Of a stretch of DNA of 60,000 nucleotides, positions 1 to 10,828 are shown one piece after another. The notes below the pieces were generated by a model. It was not told where the DNA came from. It made no database searches and worked only from the letters and a program-made list of their open reading frames with translations. The stretch covers positions 23,748,001-23,808,000 of the forward strand of contig NC_087250.1 of the NCBI RefSeq assembly GCF_037042905.1. The letters run 5' to 3'. The position numbers were made by a program, and so were the translations under genes. This stretch comes from Lytechinus pictus. Taxonomy: Eukaryota. Positions within the stretch are counted from its first letter, which is position 1, and the number at the start of each line of letters is the position of its first letter.

Positions 1-184
1 TGTGACATCACAGATCTTGGTCGCATTGCCAACGGGAGGATCTACATGGCATTAGTGATCTCAATATTCAAATGCTCATAACTTTCTTATTATTCATTCA
101 ATCTTCCTCAAACTTTCAACAATATGTTTCTTTGATTTTTCTCTTTGATATGGATTCAGCTGGTTTCAAGGGTTTCATTCTCCT
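1..184. mobile_element. Terminal part of a Kolobok/T2-like MITE (family B), truncated by window edge
   Basis: Ends GTTTCATTCTCCT followed by TTAA (185-188); near-identical reverse complement of the left part of the full copy at 47579-48152. Confidence 0.75.
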
Positions 185-2330
185 TTAAGCATAACCTCTA
201 CATACCCAAAATTAATTCAAATTAATGTTACAACTTCTACTAAACCTAAAAATGTAGTGGTTACTCACATTTTCAAGAAGCAATTTTGAATTTTTATTAA
301 TAAAATAAGAAAAAATAAGTTAAATTTTTGTTCAATTGTCCTTTTTTTTTTTTTATAAAGAATTTGAATAAAAAAAATAAAAAAAAATAAAACTTTGATA
401 TACCTGCATGAAGAGCACAAAAATGGATTTATTGTATCTAAGAAGCTGTATTTACCTCCGTCGATCAAGGGACTGCCGCTCTGATGCCCAAGTCATTGGA
501 ACTCAGTATTATTTCTGCTCGTGAAAGAAATGGAAAGGCCATCGCATGTCGAGTATGAAACCTCTTCTCATCCCGGGTGTAGGTGGTTGGTACCAGCCCA
601 AGTGCTGGTATCCTCCTGAAGACCCGTTGTTTCCAATGGAAGTTGCATTAAAAAAAGTTGTGACAGTATAAACTGACAGGTAAAAAATGAGACACATGTT
701 TTTCGATAACGAAAGGCAAGTTTTAGATTTTGATAAAAAAGTTAAGTTTTTCAATTACGGTAGAAATAAAAAATATATTTCTTTTTTCAATAAACTATTC
801 CATATTGTAAACTTCATAACTTACATACTGAGACATTTTCAAATCTATTTCCATAATTGGTTTAGATGTTGGTTGGAAGCACAAATAAAAGGGGCGTCAA
901 GGATGGTTTTGGGAAGCGCATTCCGACCACGCAGTCACTGTCCTATAATCAGCTTAGTGACATAAAAAAAACTTTTTAATAAGTGGAAGAAGTGTGAAAA
1001 TACAAAAATAGCACACTCTCGCCATTGGAATATATGTCAAGAGACGGAAAAATTTACTAAAATAAGTAAGTTCGACCTCGCATAGCTAGTTGAGCCGAGT
1101 GCCACACTCAGTCACAATCACAGCACAGCCGGTCGCCCAGCTGGCCGGCGAGGCGAAGCACCGCATCAGGTGTCCTTTCCAGGTGAACTATCTCAAAAAG
1201 TTTGCATTAAGTATCAGTTTTGTGAAATGCAATAACTTTAAATAAGTAGAAGAAATGTGAAAATGGAATATGAAAATACAAAATAGCACACCCTCACCAT
1301 TAAAATATGTCAAGTGACGGAAAAATCAACTATTGGATTATCAATTTATCAAGATACCGGTACCGTAATCTCGTTGCAAGGGAACTCGCTTTATTTTCTT
1401 TCAAAATAGCTCAAAATGCACTGAAATGTCAAATTTTCTGTCGAGAATGTATTGTAGAAACATGGATTATGCGGGAAAATACTTTTGAAGTAAAGTTTGA
1501 AATATTATTTCATGAAATGTTGAAGAAAAATTCAAGTGGTCGAGTTGTCCGATTCAGAGCCAACCCTGGACAACTCGACCGGGACGAGTTGTCCAGGGCA
1601 GCGGGTCGGGCTGTCCAGGGTCGGGCTGTCCGGTGGTCGGGCTGTCCGGACCCCCAATACCCAAAATAACTGATGCATGATTGAAAAAGATGATGACATG
1701 ACCTTTTTTTTTTTTTTTTTGGGGGGGGGGGCATTTCAAGCCTGTAAGTATAAAGAATGATAGAGGCCTGTACTAATACTATAGTTGGAGGGGGGGGGGG
1801 GGTGTTTGGATGGGTTCATTGACCCCCCTGTCAAACTCAAAATCAAAGCCAGGCAAGAAAAGGGGAAGTAAAATGAGCTTTGTCTTTGAGAAGATCAAGA
1901 GCAGAGCCAGAGAGGAGAGAAATGAGACAAGAATAGAGGAAAGAAAAATAGAAGAGAGTGGGAGCAAAGAGAAGAAAAATTAAGGTCTGGTCTGTTCAAC
2001 ACCAATTTTTCATAAAGCCTAGCTGTATGTAGGCCTAATTGATTTATTTTGTAAAATAAAAGGCCGGAAAATACAGGAAAAACTATGGAAGGAGTGTTTT
2101 TGTTAGGTACGTGTATTCGGCCATGCGTTACGAGTTGGGCCAGTTTTAGGTGACAGGCGTTCGCGACATGAAAATTGCGTCATTTTTCTTTTGAACCTTT
2201 GTAACTTTGACATACTTCACCCATTGTACATAAAAATATACATTTTCTGATGGGAAATTAACTGAGGATTCCAAAAATGCATTTAAAAAAGGCATAGGGT
2301 ATATGATTTAGAAGTTATGGAACAATATAC

Positions 2331-3605
2331 TGTAACGACGACCCGGTTTGTCCTACGAGTCTCGCTATAAGAGTCTAAGAATAATGTCGAGGATGGCCAG
2401 AGTCAAACTTTTGTTGATCTTATTCTTTGATCTTTCTGCTTTCACAAAAGCTAACTTGCTCCAAGAGTTTCATTCTCCTTTAAATAATACAGTCGAAGCG
2501 AATAACAGTCATTACACAGGAAATTAAAGTTCAGTAGTTTATTACTGTTCAAAACTTAATGAAGGTGCAACAGAGTATGTGATGATGACAATTAAACAAA
2601 CTCCAGCGATACATGGAATATGATAACTGAGATAACGTCGAGCGATGCTGAAACAATTATAAGAACTTAACTTGTGATAATTCTGAACTGAACTTGGGCT
2701 CAGACGACTAAACTGGAATACATGTTAGACTATGCTCGGAAAAGACTCTCGAAATAAAAACTAAGCACTAAACTGAGATGCTGCTCGCTTATATACACTT
2801 TCTGGACATAGCATGAAGGTCATCCCCAGCACACAGCAAAAACCCAGATTCAGGGAGGGGAGAGAGAGAGAGGGAGAGAGGGATAAGGTCAAATAATAGA
2901 ATAAGCACATAACGACCAATACACTGACCACAAGGTTAAACTAGTAGTTTGGACATTAGGAGTTGAGGGAGAGAAGTCTGAAGGGCAGGGCAAAGTCGAA
3001 GTGAGGAGAGAGAACGCGGAGGGAGTTACAGAACATAAATGTGTAGCCAAGGTAATAAACAAGAACAAGTTTCTGAAAGTAGTCGCAAGGTTAAAGAGAA
3101 CTACACAGGTTTGAAAGTCACTGGAAAGGGAAAAGAGAGGAGGGATGAAAGTTACTGGAAGGAGAAGTGAGGAGGGTTGAAAGTCACTGGAAAGAGAAAG
3201 TGAGGAGGGTTGAAAGTCACTGGAAAGAGAAAGTGAGGAGGGTTGAAAGTCACTAGAAAGAGAAAGTGAGGAGAGTAAAACTTCTGAAAGTAGATGCAAG
3301 GTCGCAAAGAAGGGAGATGCGTTGTTAGCAATTTCTGGAAGACGAAGGAAAGCCAAAGAGAATACAGAGTGGACAGACCAGAAGAGTTTGACCATGAGCA
3401 ATTTACAGTATAAGAGAGGGCTTGGCTGTGTGCAGGTTACTGGGCAAGTTGAAAGTGACATTCACAATTTATCTTAGCAAGACATTCATTGCATAAATGA
3501 GTCGAATACAATTTGATATAATAAACACTAATTAAAGCTTAAGAATGGAATTATATACATAAACATAATAAGAGAATATCGGAACATCAACCAAAATGCG
3601 TGACA
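2331..3605 (-). repeat. 3' LTR of Gypsy element
   Basis: TGTAAC...GTGACA; no difference seen by eye from 10829-12103; contains a 33-bp tandem repeat (~3110-3275). Confidence 0.97.
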
Positions 3606-3619
3606 CTATTCTCCCCCCC
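3606..3619 (-). other. Polypurine tract of Gypsy element
   Basis: Minus strand GGGGGGGAGAATAG immediately upstream of the 3' LTR. Confidence 0.85.
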
Positions 3620-5347
3620 ACGGAAGATATCGCTGTCCCCAGCGATGAAATGGGAATATATTAGAGAAAGGAAAGAGCGAAAGAGAGATAGAGAGAGAAG
3701 GACGAATTAAGATGGAGAGAGGGGAAAAGAGGAAGGAAAACAGCCAAAATAAAAAGAAATTGTGGGCATACATAGATCATACATAGATCATACATAAAAG
3801 TAACTGAACATGATAACATTATAAAAACAACTATACATATACAAACAGGCGTAGTAGCAACTCTGACAATTATGTAGTATTGACAAAAATGTAGCAAGTG
3901 ACAAAAAAAATTGTTTTAAAAAGAGAACCAGACCCAAGAACAGGATTGGAGATGAGAAATTGGAAAGTTGCTTGAGTGTTAGAGAAAGGAAAATAAATAG
4001 TGAAGAGAGAAAGGGAGAAAACGAGGAAAGGGTATCAGTGATCTCCAATGAAGGCTAAACGCATAAAATGACCAACATAAAACTGTTCCCCACATGAAAC
4101 TAGCCACTAAAAGTATGGGAATAATATGACATGTGTGGCACTACTCAATTTCCTTCTAATCAGAAAAAAAAAATAAAGCAGAAAACATCCATAAGCAAAA
4201 CTGTGATAGGAAATCATCAAATAATCTCAAAAGTACACAAAAAGCCATTAAAAAAAAATCATTACAACTCAAAACTGGATTATGACATAGAAATACAAAA
4301 ATATATGACATTGAGCAGGCAATATGCCTTTAGTTAAATCGAGCAATATATAAGAACGAAATTACTACACAAGCAATACAAAGTTATGAACAAAATAATG
4401 GAAAGTACACATGAAACCTCAAATATAAAACTGGAAAATATGCAAAGTAATCATCAGAAAATGTATAACTGAAATGTGCAAAAATGTTCCTGATACAAGA
4501 ACCCTATAGTATTTTCTAAGCCTAGTATTCTCTTTCCTTTTGTTTTCTTCCTACTATTTACAAGCAATACAACATTCCATATTCAAAAGGGAGAAAAGTA
4601 TAGTGCGAAGATGACAGAATAGGGTGAAAAGGAAAAGGTAGACAAAGGCATGAATATTAGCAAGATAATTGATTAAATGATATGAGAAAGAAAACCAAAG
4701 AATGGATACTGGAGAGAGAGAGAGAGAGAGGAGAGAGTAAAGAAAAGCAGAATTTGTCCAACAACAATTGCTTTTGCAGACCTATCACTAACATAATAAT
4801 AGCATAATGAAGTAGAAAAAAAAATACAAAATTTTACACAGTGGCAAAAAAAAAAAAAACATATTGACACACACAACTGACATAGTTGAAAGGAATATAC
4901 AAATTATCAAGGTATGCGAGCTGTCGTTGTGATTCAAAAACCAAAAATGATGGTCTCCAATATTCCAATCGCATGAATAGCGAACAGATAAACATATTGA
5001 TGTGATCAACATAAACAAAATTTGCAAAACTATACTGATAGCAGAATAGAAATTCATTAGCACTATTACAAAGCAACACAAAAATTAAAATAACATCCAG
5101 GTGTCATTAATTCAGAACCATTATTTGTGAATTACAGTGTTACACATTGAAGAAGAATGAAGCAGGGGTGAGTAATGAAAGAACAAGAAAAGAGGATGAA
5201 AGTCGTGAGTGGAGTAGACTGTAAAAAAGGAAGCAAGTGTAGATCGGGGAGAGAATAAGAGAGAGGGAGAGAGACAGAAAAAGAACAGAAAACTTTATAC
5301 AATGACACTTCCAAATCTACATAACCTATGGTACACATTTTCATGTT

Positions 5348-8300
5348 CTAGTGTCCAAACTTGTCAATAACTGCTCGTCTTCTATCCGATCGACGAGGGA
5401 TAAAAGTGTCTTTTACTCTAGTCTGCGTGCCAGTAGAAGCAGTGTTTGAAAGAGTAATATTATTCCTAACCTTATCCGCGTGTTCTTTTACCCATTTTGG
5501 GATGTCGGTGCTTCGAAAGGGTTTGAGACGATCATGGTGAAGGATTTTAAGTTTACCCTTCTGTTGAGATTTGATTTCGAACACCAAATCACTCAGTTTT
5601 CTGGTTACAATACATGGTCCAATCCAAAAAGCAGACTTTAACTTAGGGGAAAGTCCTTTCTGTTTTGTGGTGTCTAGATAGTAGACTAAGTCCCCTGGCT
5701 TGTAGGTGTTCACTGATAGTCTAGAATCATAGTCCTTCTTCTGTCTCTTGGTTTGTGAGGACAGATGCTCACGAGCTATATTGTATGCATCCTTCATAGT
5801 AGAAACGATATTGGAGGCAAACTCGTCATAGTCATAGTTATTGATGTCGGGCTGGTCCACACCGAGGGAAATTTCAATTGGGGTTCTAACCTCACGCCCC
5901 AACATAAGAAAATTTGGCGAAAATCCAGTTGTCTCATGAACGGTGCTACGGTAGGCGGCCGTCAAGAGCGATAAGTTCATGTCCCATTCCTCTTGTTTCT
6001 TATCGACAAAAGCAGATATCATATTGACAAGTGTTTGGTTGAATCTTTCAATCATTCCATTAGATGATGGATGGTATGGAGTCGTCCTTGTTTTGGTTAT
6101 TTCCAGCAATTTACAAACATGTTGGAAAAGATGAGATTCAAAAGTCTTTCCTTGGTCCGAATGTATTTCCAAAGGTATGCCCCATCTAGCAATGAATTCA
6201 TTGACAACGATGCTGGCGACAGTACGGGCAGTTTGATCAGGGATTCCATAGGCCTCGATCCATTTAGTAAAGGTATCTCCCACTACCAAAACATAACGGT
6301 TGCCTTGGTTACTGACAGGAAACGGTCCCATGATATCGAGAGCGATGCGATCCATAGGAAATCCAGAGTTATATTCGCCCAGAGGGGCCTTCGGTTTGGA
6401 AGTCGGACGCTTTCGGGCACCACATTTCACACAATTTCCGATGTACAGTTTTACAGAGTCCCTCATCCCCATCCAGTAAAATTTTTGCTGAATCCTACTG
6501 AATGTTTTCTTCACTCCGAGATGCCCCGATAGAACAGACTTATGGTTTGATTCTAAGATGCGATCGCGGAGTGCGAATGGGACGACGACTTGTTTGGTTG
6601 TTGTTAGTCTATTATTAGTCATATGCCGTTTGTATAAGACACCGTCAGTTAATTCAAGCTGTGCCCATGAGAGCCATAGGTTCCTTACAATTGGGCTCTT
6701 ATCATGAACTAATGCTCGATTTGGTCTTTCTTGAGATTCTGAAATCCAATTATAGACGATACCGACGTCGGGATCATCTCGTTGCATTGTCATTAACGTC
6801 TCTCGGTCAAAATCATTACGGATAATATCCTGCTGCCCAGAGTTCTCTCCAGCTAAGGCACCTGTTTCCGAGGCGCAGGGCAGGCTATCATTTGTTCTGA
6901 CATTTACCGAAGAATGTTTATTTCTCGACTTCCTTCTCGATTTCATATTCCTTACTACTGAAACTCTAATTGGGGATGGCCAATTCCCTCTCCACATACT
7001 ACTAAATACATCTCTCATGTAGCGTAATCCTCTAAACTCTAAAACAGCAACATACACGATAAACTCTAAAATCATCTTCGGAAGTCTACAAAATATCCTT
7101 GCAACGAGCTCGACTACGACCAGCATCATGACGACGATATCATACAGTCGATTCGAACGACTGGGTATCTCTTCTGGTTTCGATGACGGTGTTTGGGTGC
7201 TAATGTCATTAATTGGTTTCACGCATGTCCTCTGTACTTTCATGGCACTAATAGGAACGACATCGTCATCCTCGTCGAAGAATTTCGACCAGGCCTTATG
7301 CCGCTTGACACATGTTGTACACCCGCCACATGGTAATTGTTCGATGATAGAATCCTTGTCATAACAGTCACACGATTCAGGATCGCATGGAATTCTGGAC
7401 ATCGCATCAGCATTGCCATGATTCCTGCCAACGCGATGCTCGATGTCGAAGTCGAATTGGCTAAGGATCTCGATCCATCGGGCAAGTTGATCAGTGGGTT
7501 CTCTAAATGACATGATCCATCTGAGGGAAGAATGATCAGTTCGAATTAAGAATTTCTTCCCCAGTAGGTAGTGTCGAAAATGCCGAACAAACGAGACGAT
7601 TGCCAGCAATTCACGTCTTGTAGTGCAATATCGGCGTTGGGTTCTTGTTAATGTCCGGCTAGCAAAGGCGACCGGTCTCTCAACTTCCTTCTGAGTGACG
7701 TCATCCCACTGGAGTTGAGATAGGACTGCGCCGATTCCTGACGAAGATGCATCTGCATCAAGAATGAACATGCCATGGTCGTCGGGGTAGGCCATGACGT
7801 TGTCACTCAGCAGTGCATCTTTTAATTGGTCAAATGATGATTGGCAGTTATCATCCCACACAAATTTTGAGGACTTTTCCAGTAGTTTATTCATAGGGGA
7901 TGCTATCGATGAGAAGCCGCGAATGAATCGGCGATAATATGAACACAAACCAAGAAATGAACGGACATCACCTATCGACGTCGGCGTCGGCCAGTCGCGA
8001 ACCTTGGCAACCTTCTCAGGGTCAGGCCTAATCCCCGATGCACTGACTATATGTCCTAGATATGATACCTGTGTCTGGAAAAGGTGACATTTACTTGGTT
8101 TTAGCTTAAGGCGGGCTTCTCCCAGGCGTCCAAGTACCTCGTCGAGACGGTTGATGTGCTCCTCAATAGTTGAGCTCATTACAATGATGTCATCAAGATA
8201 TAAGATCAATGTTCGCCACTGCAGACCTTTCATGATTAATTCCATTGCACGCTCAAAAGTGCTGGGTGCATTGCATAACCCAAATGGCATTGTGACATAT

Positions 8301-9673
8301 TCATAGTGTCCAGTCCGTGTACTAAATGCAGTTTTGTGCCTATCTTCTTCTTTAATGTCTATTTGCCAGTAACCTGACTGTAAGTCCAATGTAGAGAAGA
8401 TATGTGCACCTCCTAAGCAATCTAGACAGTCTTCAATGCGAGGTAATGGATATGCATCCTTTCTTGTGACGTCATTTAATTTTCGATAGTCAACACAGGG
8501 ACGCGTCGTACCATCACGCTTGCGAACATACACAAGCGGGCTCGACCACGCACTCGTTGATTCTCGAACGATGCCCATTTCAAGCTGTGTCTTGATTATT
8601 TTCTCTTCCTCGTCAATGAAAGCTCGAGGTGGCCGACGGGGACGTTGTTTGATTGGGACTGCGTCCCCAGTGTCAATGTTATGCTGGACAATAGAGGTTC
8701 GCCCAACATCAGTCGAAGAAGATGCAAATGTAGATGAATGTTTATCCAATAATTTAGAAAGTTCATTCTGTGTATCCTGGTCTAGTCCTTCACATGATTT
8801 CTGATATAACGATTGCAAGTCATCTGACCAGCTGTTCGATTGAACGTCCTCATTCAAACCAGCTTTCACTGTACAAATACTTGGTTTCGAACTGTTCATA
8901 GCATTGGTATCACACATATATACATTGTCGATCAATTCGATAGAAGCTATTCGCATACCAGCTCGAAGATCAATTGGTTCATTTGATGTATTAGCAACTC
9001 TTACTGGTATGTCTATATCATTCCGAGTAACATCAATTAGAACAGATGCGACATTAAGATCATCTTTGTTACATGTATGAGCATTTTTCTCAATTATAGC
9101 ACAGATTCCAGAGTCAGAGTCAAAATTATTTACCTTTCCTGGTACTATGAACTCCGAATTGGGTGGTACAACAATATCATATTTAACATATACTGCACCT
9201 ACTTGATTGCAGTCTTGAATTTCGATAGGGATTAATAGATTGTCAATATGAAGTCCGCGTCGAGCTTCTAGAATACAATTATAATGATGCATAAAATCAA
9301 ATCCAATCAAGCATTCATCACTTATGTCTGCTATGTATGAAGTCCAAGAGAAATCCTTACCTCCAACATTCACAGTTGCTTCAATAGTTCCATGAACATT
9401 TAAAATTCCATCATCAGCTGACTGAAGTTGAACTTGACTGGATAAAGTAACTAATTCCGGGCGGGTTTCTATTGGCATTTCTCCATAGAGCTTGGTGGAC
9501 ATAACAGTCACCGCTGCTCCAGAGTCGACCAAAAGTTTACACGAGGCCCCATTCACACTGCCTGAAATATACGCTGTCAGTCCGTTTGTTTTGTCAATGC
9601 GTATTATCCTGGGACCTGGTTCAACATTTTGGGCCGTGACCTGGTCGATGGGGTCGGCCCTCCCTAGTTTCCC
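5348..9673 (-). CDS. pol: Gypsy Pol polyprotein (protease, RT, RNase H, integrase), entered by -1 frameshift from gag
   Basis: LVDSGA protease, LYLDD RT, DADAS RNase H, HHCC plus D,D,E integrase motifs (DIMGP, HSDQG, NGMIERFN), WIGP GPY/F-like motif; frame is open upstream of 9556 through the slippery site at 9667-9673. Confidence 0.96.
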   Translation of the reverse strand, partial: GKLGRADPIDQVTAQNVEPGPRIIRIDKTNGLTAYISGSVNGASCKLLVDSGAAVTVMSTKLYGEMPIETRPELVTLSSQVQLQSADDGILNVHGTIEATVNVGGKDFSWTSYIADISDECLIGFDFMHHYNCILEARRGLHIDNLLIPIEIQDCNQVGAVYVKYDIVVPPNSEFIVPGKVNNFDSDSGICAIIEKNAHTCNKDDLNVASVLIDVTRNDIDIPVRVANTSNEPIDLRAGMRIASIELIDNVYMCDTNAMNSSKPSICTVKAGLNEDVQSNSWSDDLQSLYQKSCEGLDQDTQNELSKLLDKHSSTFASSSTDVGRTSIVQHNIDTGDAVPIKQRPRRPPRAFIDEEEKIIKTQLEMGIVRESTSAWSSPLVYVRKRDGTTRPCVDYRKLNDVTRKDAYPLPRIEDCLDCLGGAHIFSTLDLQSGYWQIDIKEEDRHKTAFSTRTGHYEYVTMPFGLCNAPSTFERAMELIMKGLQWRTLILYLDDIIVMSSTIEEHINRLDEVLGRLGEARLKLKPSKCHLFQTQVSYLGHIVSASGIRPDPEKVAKVRDWPTPTSIGDVRSFLGLCSYYRRFIRGFSSIASPMNKLLEKSSKFVWDDNCQSSFDQLKDALLSDNVMAYPDDHGMFILDADASSSGIGAVLSQLQWDDVTQKEVERPVAFASRTLTRTQRRYCTTRRELLAIVSFVRHFRHYLLGKKFLIRTDHSSLRWIMSFREPTDQLARWIEILSQFDFDIEHRVGRNHGNADAMSRIPCDPESCDCYDKDSIIEQLPCGGCTTCVKRHKAWSKFFDEDDDVVPISAMKVQRTCVKPINDISTQTPSSKPEEIPSRSNRLYDIVVMMLVVVELVARIFCRLPKMILEFIVYVAVLEFRGLRYMRDVFSSMWRGNWPSPIRVSVVRNMKSRRKSRNKHSSVNVRTNDSLPCASETGALAGENSGQQDIIRNDFDRETLMTMQRDDPDVGIVYNWISESQERPNRALVHDKSPIVRNLWLSWAQLELTDGVLYKRHMTNNRLTTTKQVVVPFALRDRILESNHKSVLSGHLGVKKTFSRIQQKFYWMGMRDSVKLYIGNCVKCGARKRPTSKPKAPLGEYNSGFPMDRIALDIMGPFPVSNQGNRYVLVVGDTFTKWIEAYGIPDQTARTVASIVVNEFIARWGIPLEIHSDQGKTFESHLFQHVCKLLEITKTRTTPYHPSSNGMIERFNQTLVNMISAFVDKKQEEWDMNLSLLTAAYRSTVHETTGFSPNFLMLGREVRTPIEISLGVDQPDINNYDYDEFASNIVSTMKDAYNIAREHLSSQTKRQKKDYDSRLSVNTYKPGDLVYYLDTTKQKGLSPKLKSAFWIGPCIVTRKLSDLVFEIKSQQKGKLKILHHDRLKPFRSTDIPKWVKEHADKVRNNITLSNTASTGTQTRVKDTFIPRRSDRRRAVIDKFGH

Positions 9674-10794
9674 GAAATATCAATTGGAGCTTCTACTCCC
9701 TGCTGTCGAGGAAGTTGTGGCGGCTGAAAATGTGCGGGTTGCTGCCATGGCTGAGGTGGTGGAGGCTGAAAAGTTTGTTGCCACTGTGGGGGTGGTGGCT
9801 GCAAATATTGGGGAACAGCTGGTCCATGTCGCGGCGGAAAACGGCAGTTGCGGGCAAGATGACCGAGCTTTTGGCAGTTATAGCAACGCAGTGGTGGTCG
9901 ATCACGTGGTTGCTGTTGTGCCCTCTGCTGCCTGATTTGGTTGTCTGGTTCCAGTCGAGGCTGCTCGAACAATTTTGTGAGTTTGTCGATCCTCTCATCA
10001 ATTGACAGGATTCGGCCCCTCAACTCGAGAAATTTGTCATTTCCATCATCTCTTGTAGAAATGGCTCTAACTGGACGATTTCCTCTTCCGGATTCCTCCC
10101 TTAGATTGTGAAATCGCTCAGCTATTTCTCTAGCTTCCTGGAGAGTCGCTGGTTCTTGCATGCCAATGGCCATGGCCATCGAATTATCACCGAGCCCCCG
10201 CAAGAAGTGGCGAGTTCCTATCATTTCTTTTGTTGACGAGTCCGCTGTTGCATATCCAAATGTTGTCAGCCGCCGAATATCCGCAGCATAGTCGGCGATT
10301 GATTCCTTTTGTCCAAGCCGACGTAACTCTAGCTGGGATACAAAAGTGGAAGGCGTTTTTCTGGCAGCAAATCTATTTTCCAGAGCATTTTCCAGCTGTG
10401 CAAAGTCTGATAATATGGCTGGAGAAAGTTGCTGGAAGACAAAGTCAGCCGCATCTCCACGCAGGCATGCTAGCAGACGTAAACGCTGTTCAGCGGCATC
10501 CCAACAACAAGTTGTCGCCAAGTTCTTAAATGAGGAGATGAAGCTCTCCCATGGACGGTTGATCCCATCATATGGCTCCTGTGGTGGTAATTGCACTTTA
10601 ACCCCGGTGTGAAAGTCTCTAGTGGGAGAGTAGGGCTGTTTGATGTGATCATCGATTAGTTCGTCTCCACTAACACTGTCATTCTCCTCCATTATTTTTC
10701 TAGTACTCGCTAATTCCGCCTTTAATTCACGGATCTCCCGCTCCAGATCTGACTTGCGCTTCCTAGGTGACATATTAGCTATTAAAACAGGCAC
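9664..10794 (-). CDS. gag: Gypsy Gag
   Basis: 376-aa ORF right after the PBS; retrotransposon capsid-like region, CCHC knuckle CYNCQKLGHLARNC, Pro/Gln-rich tail; exact start codon uncertain. Confidence 0.93.
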   Translation of the reverse strand: MPVLIANMSPRKRKSDLEREIRELKAELASTRKIMEENDSVSGDELIDDHIKQPYSPTRDFHTGVKVQLPPQEPYDGINRPWESFISSFKNLATTCCWDAAEQRLRLLACLRGDAADFVFQQLSPAILSDFAQLENALENRFAARKTPSTFVSQLELRRLGQKESIADYAADIRRLTTFGYATADSSTKEMIGTRHFLRGLGDNSMAMAIGMQEPATLQEAREIAERFHNLREESGRGNRPVRAISTRDDGNDKFLELRGRILSIDERIDKLTKLFEQPRLEPDNQIRQQRAQQQPRDRPPLRCYNCQKLGHLARNCRFPPRHGPAVPQYLQPPPPQWQQTFQPPPPQPWQQPAHFQPPQLPRQQGVEAPIDISGN

Positions 10795-10809
10795 GTGTTG
10801 AAGTATGAG

Positions 10810-10827
10810 ATCCCACTTCTGACACCA
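10810..10827 (-). other. Primer binding site, tRNA-Leu
   Basis: Minus strand TGGTGTCAGAAGTGGGAT, 1 nt after the 5' LTR; complementary to the ATCCCACTTCTGACACCA 3' end of metazoan tRNA-Leu(CAA/CAG). Confidence 0.9.
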
Positions 10828-10828
10828 G

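Noticed and set aside
2889..3461. 190-aa ORF duplicated at 11387-11959
   Set aside because: Lies inside the LTRs; Ser/Leu low-complexity translation of the 33-bp repeat; the duplication only reflects LTR identity
3661..5344. Short hydrophobic ORFs as a possible env gene
   Set aside because: All under 100 aa, in different frames, explained by T-rich composition
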